This document shows, piece by piece, positions 27,632-38,104 of a stretch of DNA of 64,000 nucleotides. The stretch's first letter is position 1, and the number at the start of each line of letters is the position of its first letter. A program made the position numbers and the translations under genes. Below the pieces are notes generated by a model. It saw nothing but the letters and a program-made list of their open reading frames with translations, was not told the DNA's origin and did not search any database. Origin of the DNA: a virus; IMG/VR virus record IMGVR_UViG_3300045391_004297, positions 13,037 through 77,036 of that record; one strand, 5' to 3'.

Positions 27632-30600
27632 ATGGTTCTGGCAATTGACGCCTCCTCTCCGACCGTTGTCACCCAAGCCACTGGCACAATTACTACTCTT
27701 AGCACTGGATCATTTACTCCACCAGATAACTCCGACCTGCTGATTATGTGGTCGGGTAACACCGTCGATCCGAACAACCCGGCTACCCCAACGATTACTG
27801 ACAGCCTCGGGGTACCGCTGAGCTACACGCTCAAGCAGTGGATGAGTCACGCCGACTCACCAAACCCAAACGGTCAAACCGCGCTGTGGACGGCCCATGT
27901 GGTCACCGGCGCAGCTATGACCATTACCGTCACCTCCGGTGCAGCTTCGCCAAACCGGCACGCAGCACTAAAAGTCATCGTCTTTACTGGAGCTGACCAA
28001 GCAACCCCTTTTGGGGTAAGTGGCAAAGCTGGCTCGAAGTCTGCCGCATCTATTGCCCAAACCTACACGGCTACCCGTACCAACAGTTGGGGCTTTATTG
28101 CGGTAACTGACTGGACCGTCGTTGGGGTACCAACGGCTGGTTCGGGCATGACCCTGATCAACGCTGCTGGCGTTGGTGCCCCCGACATTGATTACGGTTT
28201 CTTCCGGCGCACCATTCAAGATGGTGTCAACGGTGGCACCACCACGCTCAACGTTTCGCTGCCCGGTACGAGCACCGACTTGACGTGGTGCTACATCGAG
28301 GTCTTGCCCGATCAGGGCCAAATTGCCCCAGCTCCACAACCGGCACCACTGCCGCCGTTTTTGCTGTACTACATTCTTGCGGCAAAGCAGCAAAAACTGC
28401 TGCTCGATAGCGCGAACGCGATCCCCGACCAAAACCTGACACTGTCTGGCATTGCCTCCGAAGAACGCTACGGCGAGGCGGTCCTCAACCCGGGCACAGT
28501 CAACGCACCAACTTTTGGTACCCAAACCGAAGAGCGCTTCGGTGCAGTTACGGTAACACCTGGTTCGGTCACCATTGCGGCCACCGGTATCGCCAGTGAA
28601 GAACGCGAAGGACAACCCAGCGTCTTTACTGCGGTGACTGTTTCAGCAACTGCAATTTCCTCCGCTGAAACAATCGGTGAGCCGCAAGCCCAGCCTGGCG
28701 CCGTTACTGTCTCGGCAACTGGTGTTGCAAGCGAACAGCTCCTGGGTGAGCCCAGTGTGGGATTCCCCTCCACTGGAGCGATCGCCTTTGACTCCAGTGG
28801 TTCTACCTCAATGACCGCTGGGGCAACTTCTTCGAGCATCAACATTTCCAGCGCTGCGGTCGGCGCGGACTGCTATGCCTGGATTGCCCTTGGTCCGGCA
28901 CCAAGTGGCACAGTCACCATTACCGGCTGGACCGATGTGGTCACCCAGGTTGATGATGGCACCTCAGTGCACTATGCCTTGTTGCACCGAACCAAACAAT
29001 CCGGTGACACGAGCTTTACCGTTTCTTGGACGAACTCGGCAAAAGGTACCTTGTCGTGGGCTTCGTGGACCGGCCTTGATACCACCACACCACACGAGGG
29101 TGCCAGCCTCACCACCAACGGCTCCACTTCACGCACAGCAGTGCCAACCCCATCAGCAACCCCGACAGCAGCAAATCGGTGGGCTGCTGGGTTCTTTAGT
29201 GCTCGAACTTCCACCCCGGCGAATAAACCGATTACCTGGACGCCGGACGCTGCGCTGACCGAGCGCATCGATGTCGACAACAACCTTGCTGGTTCAGCAC
29301 CCTGGATCGGCAACGAAATTGCCGACTCGAATACCGCAGTTACCCAGACCTCGCACAGTTACACCGGAACCCACAACGCGGCGGAAAGCCACGACGGTTC
29401 GGCAATTCTGTTCCTGATTCCTGGGGCAGGCGCAGCAACCCAAAACATCACTGCCAGCGGTATTCCTGGCGAAGAGCTTATTGGTGCTCCGGCGCTGAGC
29501 TCTTCGATTACAGTTACGCAGACTGGCATTGCCTCGGAAGAACGCACTGGTTCTGCGCAGGTCCAAAGCATCATCGCCGCCGCTGGTATTCAAAGCCAGG
29601 AGCGCGAAGGTGCGGCAACTGTAACCTCGGTTGCTACGATCCAGGGTACAGCAATTTCTTCGCAAGAGTCTTCTGGTCTTGCGAATGTTGCTGCTGGCGC
29701 TGTGACCGTACAAGCCACTGGTATCGCATCTGAAGAGCGTCATGGTCAAAGTTCGACAACGGTTGGCGCGGTTCAGATTTCGGCGACTGGGATCGCTTCG
29801 GGGCAAGCCGTAGGCGAACCAGCAGTTTCCAGTACCGCCACCATCCAAGCATCCGGAATCGCCAGCGCCGAAACTTCAGGGCTATCACAAACCTTCCTTA
29901 CCCAAACCATCTCGGCCGCAAGCATTAGTCCCTCGGAGTCGTTCGGAAGTGCTCGTCTAGATCTTCAGCTTCAGGCATCGGCAGTACCGTCCGAGGAACG
30001 GTTCGGACAACCCGTAACAACGTTGTTCGTTTCGGCTTCGGGTATTCAATCGGAGGAGCGCCTAGGCTCTCCGGTGGTGCTACTGGCCCAGACGATTTCT
30101 GCAACATCAATTCAGTCTCAAGAGCGCGTTGGCGCTGCAACCGCCACTCCAGGGCCAGCAACGATTGCAGCTTCCGGGATTGCTTCTGAACAGCAGCTTG
30201 GTTCCGCGCAATCATTCGGGTCTGTAGTTGTATCCGCAACCTCAATAACTTCATTCGAAACATTTGGCGAACCTTCAATCATTATCGCTCAGAGTATTGT
30301 CGCCACTGGTATCGGGTCAGAGTCCGCTTCCGGCGTTGCTCAGGCGATTCCTGGGCCAACAACCGTCCAAGCTTCCGGCGTATCTTCTGCCGACGCCGTA
30401 GGTTTCGCGTCAGCATCCACAGCGTCCATCGTATCCGCAAGTTCAATAGTAACTGGCGAAACATTTGGTGAGCCCACCCTTTCGGTGATCACCGCAATAA
30501 ACGCTTTTGGCATTCCTTCAGAAAACCAGCTCGGCGAACCGGCGATTGCAGCCATTGCAACAATCCAAGCTCGGGGTATAGTTTCTGAAACAGCGCTGGG

Positions 30601-30928
30601 GGCGGCGAACCTTGCACTACTGATTCGTGGTCATGGTATTCCGTCACAGGAGACATTTGGTAAACTCTCGATAACTGTTGGCGCTGTCACGATCAGCGCT
30701 TACGGGATTGTTTCCGGGGAGCGGCATGGCAGGATTACTGTCACCGCGATTCCGGTGGTTGCGCCGGAACCTGACACAAAGATTGAGCTGAAGCTTGGTC
30801 AGACCACGATCAAGGTGACCCTGGGCAATACCACGCTTCAGCTCAAGAATGCGTTGACGCGGATTCGGGTTGTTGGGGGTCAGTCGGTCATCGAGTTGAC
30901 CGCAGACGACGTTACGGTTTCGGATTGA
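27632..30928 (+). CDS. large repeat-containing tail fibre/receptor-binding protein
   Basis: 1098 aa; many ~20-aa I.A.GI.S.E..G.P.V repeats flanking globular beta domains. Confidence 0.8.
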   Translation: MVLAIDASSPTVVTQATGTITTLSTGSFTPPDNSDLLIMWSGNTVDPNNPATPTITDSLGVPLSYTLKQWMSHADSPNPNGQTALWTAHVVTGAAMTITVTSGAASPNRHAALKVIVFTGADQATPFGVSGKAGSKSAASIAQTYTATRTNSWGFIAVTDWTVVGVPTAGSGMTLINAAGVGAPDIDYGFFRRTIQDGVNGGTTTLNVSLPGTSTDLTWCYIEVLPDQGQIAPAPQPAPLPPFLLYYILAAKQQKLLLDSANAIPDQNLTLSGIASEERYGEAVLNPGTVNAPTFGTQTEERFGAVTVTPGSVTIAATGIASEEREGQPSVFTAVTVSATAISSAETIGEPQAQPGAVTVSATGVASEQLLGEPSVGFPSTGAIAFDSSGSTSMTAGATSSSINISSAAVGADCYAWIALGPAPSGTVTITGWTDVVTQVDDGTSVHYALLHRTKQSGDTSFTVSWTNSAKGTLSWASWTGLDTTTPHEGASLTTNGSTSRTAVPTPSATPTAANRWAAGFFSARTSTPANKPITWTPDAALTERIDVDNNLAGSAPWIGNEIADSNTAVTQTSHSYTGTHNAAESHDGSAILFLIPGAGAATQNITASGIPGEELIGAPALSSSITVTQTGIASEERTGSAQVQSIIAAAGIQSQEREGAATVTSVATIQGTAISSQESSGLANVAAGAVTVQATGIASEERHGQSSTTVGAVQISATGIASGQAVGEPAVSSTATIQASGIASAETSGLSQTFLTQTISAASISPSESFGSARLDLQLQASAVPSEERFGQPVTTLFVSASGIQSEERLGSPVVLLAQTISATSIQSQERVGAATATPGPATIAASGIASEQQLGSAQSFGSVVVSATSITSFETFGEPSIIIAQSIVATGIGSESASGVAQAIPGPTTVQASGVSSADAVGFASASTASIVSASSIVTGETFGEPTLSVITAINAFGIPSENQLGEPAIAAIATIQARGIVSETALGAANLALLIRGHGIPSQETFGKLSITVGAVTISAYGIVSGERHGRITVTAIPVVAPEPDTKIELKLGQTTIKVTLGNTTLQLKNALTRIRVVGGQSVIELTADDVTVSD

Positions 30929-31361
30929 TCTGGTTAACCAGGTCCATGAAGGCTGCGTTGTTCATGCCTTTGTGCCGTAGGCAAACCCGCAACGCATCCA
31001 TCCCGTGTGGGAGCCCGGGTTTATAAAGGCCCAACCTTTTGATCTTGTCGTTGGTCCAGAACGACTTGCAGTCGGCTGGTAAATATTTCCCAACGATGGG
31101 GATGCCCTTGGTTTCTGCCCACAGCTCGATGACGCCGATGACCTTCATGCTGTGCAGTTCGGCCTTCATCAGGTTTGGTCGGTGTTTGAAATCTTCGTAG
31201 ACAATTTCGCTGGGATAGGCTGATTCCAGCTCATCCCACACGGTTGACATTGATTGGGTGTTCGCCTGCCACGCTGTTGCCTGGTAGCTGACGTTCATTC
31301 GACAAAACCCGGTCGTTACTCCCGGATCGATCCCCAGTAGCATCTTCGTCCTCGTAAACAT
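30912..31361 (-). CDS. RuvC-like Holliday junction resolvase
   Basis: LLGIDPGVTTG, IVYEDF, H.MDA motifs. Confidence 0.8.
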   Translation of the reverse strand: MFTRTKMLLGIDPGVTTGFCRMNVSYQATAWQANTQSMSTVWDELESAYPSEIVYEDFKHRPNLMKAELHSMKVIGVIELWAETKGIPIVGKYLPADCKSFWTNDKIKRLGLYKPGLPHGMDALRVCLRHKGMNNAAFMDLVNQINPKP

Positions 31362-31587
31362 CGAAGGGTGCTTCGATTACGCGCTTTGCCCACCAAGCTG
31401 GCACCTTGATTGGTTGTTGCAAGTTCCACTGGTTGATCAGTCGTTCCAAGGCATTAGCGAGATAGGCGCGCGGATCTTGGGACATTTCAAGTTCTTGATC
31501 GGTGACTTGCATGGTGAGCACTTTTCTGCCTTCACGCAAAGCAATGATGTGTAGGTTTGGCTCTTCTCGCCACACGTCTACTCTCAT
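31231..31587 (-). CDS. hypothetical protein
   Basis: coupled to 31584 gene; C-terminal overlap with resolvase. Confidence 0.45.
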   Translation of the reverse strand: MRVDVWREEPNLHIIALREGRKVLTMQVTDQELEMSQDPRAYLANALERLINQWNLQQPIKVPAWWAKRVIEAPFDVYEDEDATGDRSGSNDRVLSNERQLPGNSVAGEHPINVNRVG

Positions 31588-31769
31588 TGTTGGTCCTTGT
31601 GCATGCGGTAGACCATGGTGTATTGGTACGACGCCACTTCGAGATCATCCTTGTTGTATACCAGGACAAGTGCGGTTGTTGTGCCAGGAAAGATTTGCGA
31701 TGAGATCCGATGTCCTTCGATGATGTCAGTTTTCGTACCGTCAGCATCGTAGGTAACGGTAAGAATCAT
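31584..31769 (-). CDS. hypothetical protein
   Basis: 61 aa, in operon. Confidence 0.55.
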   Translation of the reverse strand: MILTVTYDADGTKTDIIEGHRISSQIFPGTTTALVLVYNKDDLEVASYQYTMVYRMHKDQQ

Positions 31770-31772
31770 AGT

Positions 31773-31979
31773 TTACGCCTGACTTTCCAAGTATGAAATA
31801 CGACGCACCAAGTCATTTAGGGCATTGTGCCACTGAAGGTGTGCGTCTACATCTTCGGGTTGGCAAAGGCCCAGGCATTTTTCACAAAGCCACAGGGTGA
31901 GTTGCGGGTTTTCTGCATCTTCATATGTGTGGTTGCTGAGAAGGTTCTTTCGATCCAACCGAATTTGAACAAGTGGCAT
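31773..31979 (-). CDS. hypothetical protein
   Basis: CEKC...H..WH motif common in actinophage small genes. Confidence 0.55.
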   Translation of the reverse strand: MPLVQIRLDRKNLLSNHTYEDAENPQLTLWLCEKCLGLCQPEDVDAHLQWHNALNDLVRRISYLESQA

Positions 31980-31998
31980 TACAACCAACCCCTGGCAT

Positions 31999-34356
31999 CT
32001 AGAGTTCGCCCAACCGTGAGGCGATGGTGGCATCTACTTCGAAGGGTACGTAGGTAGTAAATTCTTCGGCCGCCCTAACCATCTCGGTTCGCATAAGATC
32101 AATCGTTTCTTCCACGTGACGCTGATGACACTCAACGACAATAGCGTCGTGGATGGTGAGCCGCACCGTCGCAAGGCCCGCAAGCATTGGCTGCAACCGG
32201 ATAAGTGCCGTAAGACAAATGTCCGAGGCAATGGACTGCGGCAGAAACGACAGAGCTTCGTTAAGTACATCGGCCTGATTCTTATCGGTGATCAGCCAGA
32301 ACGAGCGCTTGCGGCCATACGGCGTTTTCAGATCGTGACCAGAGAGCACCTGGTGCTTGATGGAAGCTTGCCACTTCTTCACGTCTGGAATCAAGTTGTT
32401 GAAGTTTCGCATCAGGGTGGCAGCCTCCTCAACAGTGATGTTCACTGGAGGATTTTGCAGTTGCAACTCACGGGCAATGGAGGCCGCACCACGACCATAC
32501 GCGTTACCATAGAAGATGGACTTCATGGCGACCCGGTTTTCCTTGCCCCAGTTGCCTACCCCGAAGATGTCGTTGCACAGTTCGGAGAAGAGGTCCCGGT
32601 TTGGGTCTGCAAAGATTTCTCGAAGATATTCGTCTCTTGCAAGAGTTGTAATAACTCGGCCTTCTGCTTGTTTGTAATCAAGCTGGATGAAACGATGGTC
32701 TTCACTGAGGACAACAAACTGGTTTCGAATGGGTTTGTTACGAACAACGTTTTGGAGATTGGGTTCTCGGGAAGCGAGACGCCCGGAGGTAGTTCCGTGG
32801 AGAAGATACGTTGTATAGACTTTGCCCTCTGTTGTAACTCGTTTAGCAAGGCCCTTAACATAGGTACCATACAACTTCGCCTCTCTACGGTGCTCCAAGA
32901 GCAAATCAGTGAAGGTCAAAACCTCACCGGACAGTTGTGCTCGCAGTTCCTTGAGCAGGTCAGCGTTGGTCGAAGGTAGGGTAATCGCGTGCCGAGCGTA
33001 GTAGTTGGTGACCTGCTGTGGAGACCTCGGGTTCAGGTCATACCCAATCAGGTCGGCGATGCGCGTTTCGATGTCACCGATTTTTACTTCGTACTCATGC
33101 GCAAGCTTTTCGTTGTACTCCAGGTCAAAACCGATCCCGGCAAGTTCGAGCTCAATAAGTGTATTTGCGGCGCTAACGGTAAAGTCGTGCTTACGACGGT
33201 CATCGTCAGAAAACTCGCCACTAAACAACTCGTATAGGGCCCACGTACAAACCACATCGTAAGCATTGTAGCGGTACAGTATTTGTCGGGGAATGTTTGC
33301 ATATGAACCGCCACGCGGAACATATTGTTTGATCTCGGATTCATAGTCAGGTGCGCCTAGTCGCTCAATTGAGAGAACCTTGAGGCCCATATGGCCAGGA
33401 CGTTCGTCAAGGGCGTAGGCGGCGAGCATGGTATCAAACCAAAGCTGTTGCTTACCCGCCACAGTGCGAAGTCCGGCAAGGTCAAATTTGCCATTGTGAG
33501 CAATGATGCGAGTTGATGAAAGAAGGTGCCGGAGCGCACTTCGAACTGATTCGTCGGCAAGTGCATTCTCCCCAATGACCACAGCGCGGTTGGGTGCAAA
33601 TGCGATTCCCACACAGAGCAGATCGTACTCACTTGGGTGGACGAAAGCTTCATCCTTTTCAACACCGCACTCAATGTCAATGACGATACGGTCAAATCGA
33701 GTGCGCAGTTCGTTGAGGACTCCGATGGCAGCACCAGGATCGTCAAATACTCGGTAGATCGGTTCATGCCAATCATGGATTTTTTCGTCCTTGATCTTGC
33801 CGAAGTCGAAGACGAGGTCCGGGAAGCTGTCCGGTGAGCGCAGCGAATAAGCCGGGTGCCACGTGGGTATCACCCGCACGTTTTTATTGCGTACGTACGG
33901 CTTGGGTGGGCCAACGCGCATGCGTCGCATCGAGCCCCGCTCGTCGAGCACGCTGTGGGCGGCCACCTTGCCAACGGCCACGATCGTGTCGGCATTCGAC
34001 GCGTCGATCTCCGCGTGCAGTCGTGGTGCGCAGGCGTCTCGGGCAGCTTTGGGTGGATCAGCATCGGCTTCTGGCCGACAAAGCACTGAGTTGGTGATCA
34101 TGATGTTGTCGCGAAACAACCCATGATGGTTGAGCACTTGGTTGAGCAAATCTCCGGATGGTCCGGTGAAGGGAATGCCCCGAACGGATTCGTAGGCACC
34201 AGGAGCTTCACCTAGAACGATAATGCCGGAGGACGGGTGTGGGTTGAGCGTGGGTACGAAGCCGCCTTCATTGCGGTATGGACACTCTTCGCACTTGGCC
34301 AATGGGTGCTTGCGCTTGAATACCTCGTCGCCGTTTTCACTGTCTGGCGCAGACAC
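31999..34356 (-). CDS. DNA polymerase A with N-terminal family-4 UDG-like domain
   Basis: CEECP, GEAPG, HPAY (UDG4); DIE, AHNGKFD (3'-5' exo); DYKQAE, RVAMKSIFYG, HDAIV (pol motifs A/B/C). Confidence 0.95.
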   Translation of the reverse strand: MSAPDSENGDEVFKRKHPLAKCEECPYRNEGGFVPTLNPHPSSGIIVLGEAPGAYESVRGIPFTGPSGDLLNQVLNHHGLFRDNIMITNSVLCRPEADADPPKAARDACAPRLHAEIDASNADTIVAVGKVAAHSVLDERGSMRRMRVGPPKPYVRNKNVRVIPTWHPAYSLRSPDSFPDLVFDFGKIKDEKIHDWHEPIYRVFDDPGAAIGVLNELRTRFDRIVIDIECGVEKDEAFVHPSEYDLLCVGIAFAPNRAVVIGENALADESVRSALRHLLSSTRIIAHNGKFDLAGLRTVAGKQQLWFDTMLAAYALDERPGHMGLKVLSIERLGAPDYESEIKQYVPRGGSYANIPRQILYRYNAYDVVCTWALYELFSGEFSDDDRRKHDFTVSAANTLIELELAGIGFDLEYNEKLAHEYEVKIGDIETRIADLIGYDLNPRSPQQVTNYYARHAITLPSTNADLLKELRAQLSGEVLTFTDLLLEHRREAKLYGTYVKGLAKRVTTEGKVYTTYLLHGTTSGRLASREPNLQNVVRNKPIRNQFVVLSEDHRFIQLDYKQAEGRVITTLARDEYLREIFADPNRDLFSELCNDIFGVGNWGKENRVAMKSIFYGNAYGRGAASIARELQLQNPPVNITVEEAATLMRNFNNLIPDVKKWQASIKHQVLSGHDLKTPYGRKRSFWLITDKNQADVLNEALSFLPQSIASDICLTALIRLQPMLAGLATVRLTIHDAIVVECHQRHVEETIDLMRTEMVRAAEEFTTYVPFEVDATIASRLGEL

Positions 34357-34365
34357 ATAATCCTC

Positions 34366-34560
34366 CTACATGCCAATAGCAGGACCACCAAATGTTATCC
34401 CAGCACGGTACTTTGGATCAGCAACGTGCCCATCGTTTTTACACATTTTGATGAGTTTGTTCTTGGCAATGTTTGGAGGAAAGCCCCGAGCGTCATGCTT
34501 AACAATGACAACTCGACCGCAGACCTGACAGGTTTGGGTTGGTTCGGTGCTCATGTGCAC
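34366..34560 (-). CDS. small Cys/His protein
   Basis: CQVC ... C...GH. Confidence 0.55.
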   Translation of the reverse strand: MHMSTEPTQTCQVCGRVVIVKHDARGFPPNIAKNKLIKMCKNDGHVADPKYRAGITFGGPAIGM

Positions 34561-34796
34561 CCCATCTTGCAGTTGTCGCGATGTTCGGCGATGGCCTCGC
34601 CAAGTTGGTAGAGTGTTGCTGATTCATAGAATTCATTGGACGCGCCGCATGGCCAGGTGATTTCCCACCCTTGCCAATATGTGAAGCTCGATATCGTGGC
34701 GGTGTAGATGTCATTGCTCCGACGCGCAGGACTCGCAGTCTTCGAGGTGTTCTCTGAGGGCATTGGCCAGGTCCTCCAATGTCGGGGGTTCTCCAC
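34551..34796 (-). CDS. hypothetical protein (start uncertain)
   Basis: protein-like C-terminal half; overlaps neighbour. Confidence 0.4.
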   Translation of the reverse strand: MENPRHWRTWPMPSENTSKTASPARRSNDIYTATISSFTYWQGWEITWPCGASNEFYESATLYQLGEAIAEHRDNCKMGCT

Positions 34797-34908
34797 CCGT
34801 ACGCCGCACGTGGAAGATGTTCACCCCCGGATCACCACACGGGAACTCTAGGATGATGATGTTCTTGAAGTTACCGCCGTACATTTTCGTGTGTTGAATT
34901 CTTTTCAT
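34711..34908 (-). CDS. hypothetical protein
   Basis: MKRIQ start after GAG; EHLEDCESC end. Confidence 0.5.
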   Translation of the reverse strand: MKRIQHTKMYGGNFKNIIILEFPCGDPGVNIFHVRRTGGEPPTLEDLANALREHLEDCESCASEQ

Positions 34909-35082
34909 CTCAGCTCTTCGGGGCAGGGACAACCTTGGCGTCCGGTACGACCATTTTGTCTGGATCTTGATTGATGCAACCAGTGCGGTGCACTGTTGGC
35001 GGTTTGCCATCGGGTCGAAATGCACCGCACACCGTACACTGATTGTCGGCGTGACCTTCGAATAACTCAGTCTTGCGTTTCA

Positions 35083-35292
35083 TCACGTCTCCGACGTTGA
35101 CTTAAACCCTGGCTTCTGTTCGACCCGAACCATGTTGTTGTTCAGGTAAAGAATCATCGCAACATTGGCAATGTCCGCCAACAGTTCGCTGGTACTTTTG
35201 GCTTCCCGAACCATCTCGATGGCGTGTTGCCAACGATCGACCCGAAGCTGTTCAAACTCTACAGTTAGAGCATTTAGGCCGTTGTCAACCAC
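35083..35292 (-). CDS. hypothetical protein
   Basis: ELLADIANVAMIL resembles a MazG-like helix; short. Confidence 0.5.
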   Translation of the reverse strand: MVDNGLNALTVEFEQLRVDRWQHAIEMVREAKSTSELLADIANVAMILYLNNNMVRVEQKPGFKSTSET

Positions 35293-35468
35293 AACCCACC
35301 CACCAACAACAACATCTTGCTGAACATCCCGAGCCGGTGATGACGACCATTGTAGGCGTAGCGCTTCAGCAGACTCGAAAGTAGCGGCTCGTCACCCAGA
35401 ACGACTTCCTCTGTGGCGTGCTGTTCGAGAAACGAGCAGCCGGTTGTTTCGGACAGGTTGTGCGTCAC
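35274..35468 (-). CDS. small membrane protein
   Basis: C-terminal hydrophobic stretch. Confidence 0.4.
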   Translation of the reverse strand: MTHNLSETTGCSFLEQHATEEVVLGDEPLLSSLLKRYAYNGRHHRLGMFSKMLLLVGGLWLTTA

Positions 35469-35473
35469 TTTCT

Positions 35474-35761
35474 TTACTCTCCCTCGTCTGGCACAAAAAT
35501 CTCGACGGTATGACCGTAGCTGCGTCCATTGGTGAACAGCACGTCAACGGTCACATACACAGCATCAGGATGATCCTGGTACGCTGCGGCGATCTTTTCT
35601 GCAAAGAATTGGGCCATGTGCTCTTCGGGTATATCCGTGGCCTTGACTTGATGGGACATGAATTCGATGAGTTCATCTGGTTCTGGGCTGATGTCCGGCC
35701 CATGGATTTTTGCTTGGACAACGTAGTCGCTGTCCTTAACGTTGGCCCCCCAGTACGACAT
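35474..35761 (-). CDS. hypothetical protein
   Basis: 95 aa coupled to primase. Confidence 0.55.
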   Translation of the reverse strand: MSYWGANVKDSDYVVQAKIHGPDISPEPDELIEFMSHQVKATDIPEEHMAQFFAEKIAAAYQDHPDAVYVTVDVLFTNGRSYGHTVEIFVPDEGE

Positions 35762-37990
35762 CTACGCTACACCCACTCGACGATATTTGCGTTGACCATG
35801 TACATCCATTTGATACACCATATTCCGTTGTGTCATTGTACCGAAGATGAGATCGGCACGCTTATAATCGAGTTGGAATACCCGCATAAGCTCAGCCCGT
35901 GGCACGCCGGAAAGATCATTGTTTCCGATGTAATCGTAGATCTTCATGATCAGTCGTTCGTCATAGGTTTTGCCGACGCCGTTAATGATTTCACTGGCGT
36001 ACTCGCGCCACTTACGGCAGTAGTAAATGGCGTGCAGAATATCCAACTCTTCCACGATGATGCCCTCTTCCCGTTGTCGGGACGCAGCAAGCAACAACGC
36101 TGCCTTGAGGGTGGAGACAGTCAACCGAACGTAGACTGGCATCAGAAAGCCAAGCCCGGTGCTCTCGGCGGTCTCCATCATTTGTCGTTCAAAAACGTTG
36201 TACCGAGCCCAAGCCTCGGGGGTCAGGCTAGCTTCGAATTCGGTGGCGACCGTGCCCACAGTCTGGCCACCTTTTTTGATTTCCGTTTTGTTGTGGTAAT
36301 GCAGGAACATGTCCATGAGTTCATTTTTCAACAGCTCTCTGGCGTCAAGGTTAATGTCTACAGATGGTGGTCGAGTAAGACGGATATCGTTGATGGTGGC
36401 GTCACCACTGATGAAGATGAACCGTGGCACGAAGCCACTCATCACATGCTCTTCAGTGAGCAACTGTTGAATTTTGTCTTTGATTCCGGCGGCGAAGATA
36501 ATGAACCTCGGATCGCGTACCTCGATAACTTCCTTCCTGAGCACTCGCCGAATACTATCCCCATCGTAGAGTTTGGTCAGTTGCTCTACGAATCCGGCCA
36601 TGTAGTCTTTGTGGGCAATAGCCTCCAACAGACCAGTGAACTCATCTTTAAGAAAGACTGAGGGCTCGCCCGGACGATCACTCAGGGCCGAAAGGATACC
36701 TTCCACCGAACCATCGGTGGCGAGATCAATTTCTGGGTTGATCTCGCGGGCCAGGTGCATCGCGGTACGCTGCGCAGTTGATTTTCGAGTCAACGTCGTG
36801 CCTGCTAGCAGCATGAACCACAAGTTCGGGAAGACCTTCTCGTGGGAGGTAGAGATGTACATGCTGCCTGCGAGTAACGACGATAGTATCACGAACGCCC
36901 CGGCTTGGTGGTACTGGGTAGGCGCGTCCGTCATTCCTTTAGCCCAGTTAATATAACGCTCTACGAATGTTTCCCGGCTTTGCACTTTGTGCACTTCTTG
37001 CTCAGAAAGCAACTCTGGTATCACGGTTTGGGTGCTGGCGATGAGTTGCATTTTTTCGATGTGCTTAACGAAAGCGCGGTTCACATCTTGCCACAGCGCC
37101 AGCTCATCTTTGCCGTCACGCTTGAACTTATTGCACGCCGAGGAATTCGCCACGACGAAGGTTTCTTCTTTGGTCAGGCCAGCCTCGATGCAGTACTGCA
37201 TGAGTGACCACAGCGAGCCCGACCATTTACTTTCCAACGCATCACTATCGTCGGGGGGCTCGACGTAGTAGACGTTGTAGAACTTGTCGGACAGCGACTC
37301 ACCATAGCGGTCAATAATTTCCTGGGCTGACTCACTTGGCAAGGTGTCCGGCAGTTCATTGGTGCGCTCCAAGAACTTCAGCGCTTTGACCGCTGGATAA
37401 ATCTTGAAGTCAGCCGGTCGGTACACCCCGGGGGCACTGGAGATAACCGTGACAACCGGTGATTCACTGGCCTGTCCGTACTTGTAGTTCGGGGTGTACG
37501 GAATGCGCATCAAGTGCCCGGCGTCGTGACACATGTCCGCGCCTTGTTCCTTGTGCGCGTAGGCAATGCGAGTGTTGATGTCCTCGGCGACCGTGGGGGA
37601 AATCGGATCTTGCATAACCCAGTACGCTTGAAACCGCCCAGGAGAAGTCTGGGTCAAGACCGAAGGTGGCAGCTTCAAGTACTTCGGATCGCACTCATCC
37701 AGATCCGCATGGGCGAAGTTTGAGGTGATGATGTTTGAGCGAAGTCGGCGGTTTGGTTCTTTGTACAACGCGGTACCGAACCAGAAGTGTGCTTGGCGCT
37801 GTTGACTTTGTTGCTCGATGACGTCGAGCATGCCGTCCAAGTCACTGGGGTACAGGTACCACGTGTGGTGCACCTGACTACCATCGATGACGTCTTTGAT
37901 GGCCATACAAAGAAAGCCTTCATTGACCCCAAACAGGTATTTGAAAAATGTTCGGCGCTGCTCCCGCGTCGTGGCGAGCAGATCGGTCAT
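35762..37990 (-). CDS. primase-helicase (RepB-like primase + DUF3987-like domain)
   Basis: HADLDE, QTSPGRFQAYW; AGTTLTRKST P-loop variant, GSVEGIL, DEF; annotated 38056 start lies inside a terminator so a downstream start is preferred. Confidence 0.85.
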   Translation of the reverse strand: MTDLLATTREQRRTFFKYLFGVNEGFLCMAIKDVIDGSQVHHTWYLYPSDLDGMLDVIEQQSQQRQAHFWFGTALYKEPNRRLRSNIITSNFAHADLDECDPKYLKLPPSVLTQTSPGRFQAYWVMQDPISPTVAEDINTRIAYAHKEQGADMCHDAGHLMRIPYTPNYKYGQASESPVVTVISSAPGVYRPADFKIYPAVKALKFLERTNELPDTLPSESAQEIIDRYGESLSDKFYNVYYVEPPDDSDALESKWSGSLWSLMQYCIEAGLTKEETFVVANSSACNKFKRDGKDELALWQDVNRAFVKHIEKMQLIASTQTVIPELLSEQEVHKVQSRETFVERYINWAKGMTDAPTQYHQAGAFVILSSLLAGSMYISTSHEKVFPNLWFMLLAGTTLTRKSTAQRTAMHLAREINPEIDLATDGSVEGILSALSDRPGEPSVFLKDEFTGLLEAIAHKDYMAGFVEQLTKLYDGDSIRRVLRKEVIEVRDPRFIIFAAGIKDKIQQLLTEEHVMSGFVPRFIFISGDATINDIRLTRPPSVDINLDARELLKNELMDMFLHYHNKTEIKKGGQTVGTVATEFEASLTPEAWARYNVFERQMMETAESTGLGFLMPVYVRLTVSTLKAALLLAASRQREEGIIVEELDILHAIYYCRKWREYASEIINGVGKTYDERLIMKIYDYIGNNDLSGVPRAELMRVFQLDYKRADLIFGTMTQRNMVYQMDVHGQRKYRRVGVA

Positions 37991-38030
37991 CGCCGAATTC
38001 GCCAAATCACACCCCCCTGTTTGAGCGAAC

Positions 38031-38090
38031 AAAAAACCCGACCCTGGACCTGTCAATTTGATCCGAAGATCGCCCAGGGGCGGGTTCTTT
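38031..38090 (-). terminator. intrinsic terminator after SSB
   Basis: AACCCG-CCCTGG...CCAGGG-CGGGTT stem followed by TTTT on minus strand. Confidence 0.7.
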
Positions 38091-38104
38091 GTTCTCCGTA
38101 AAAA

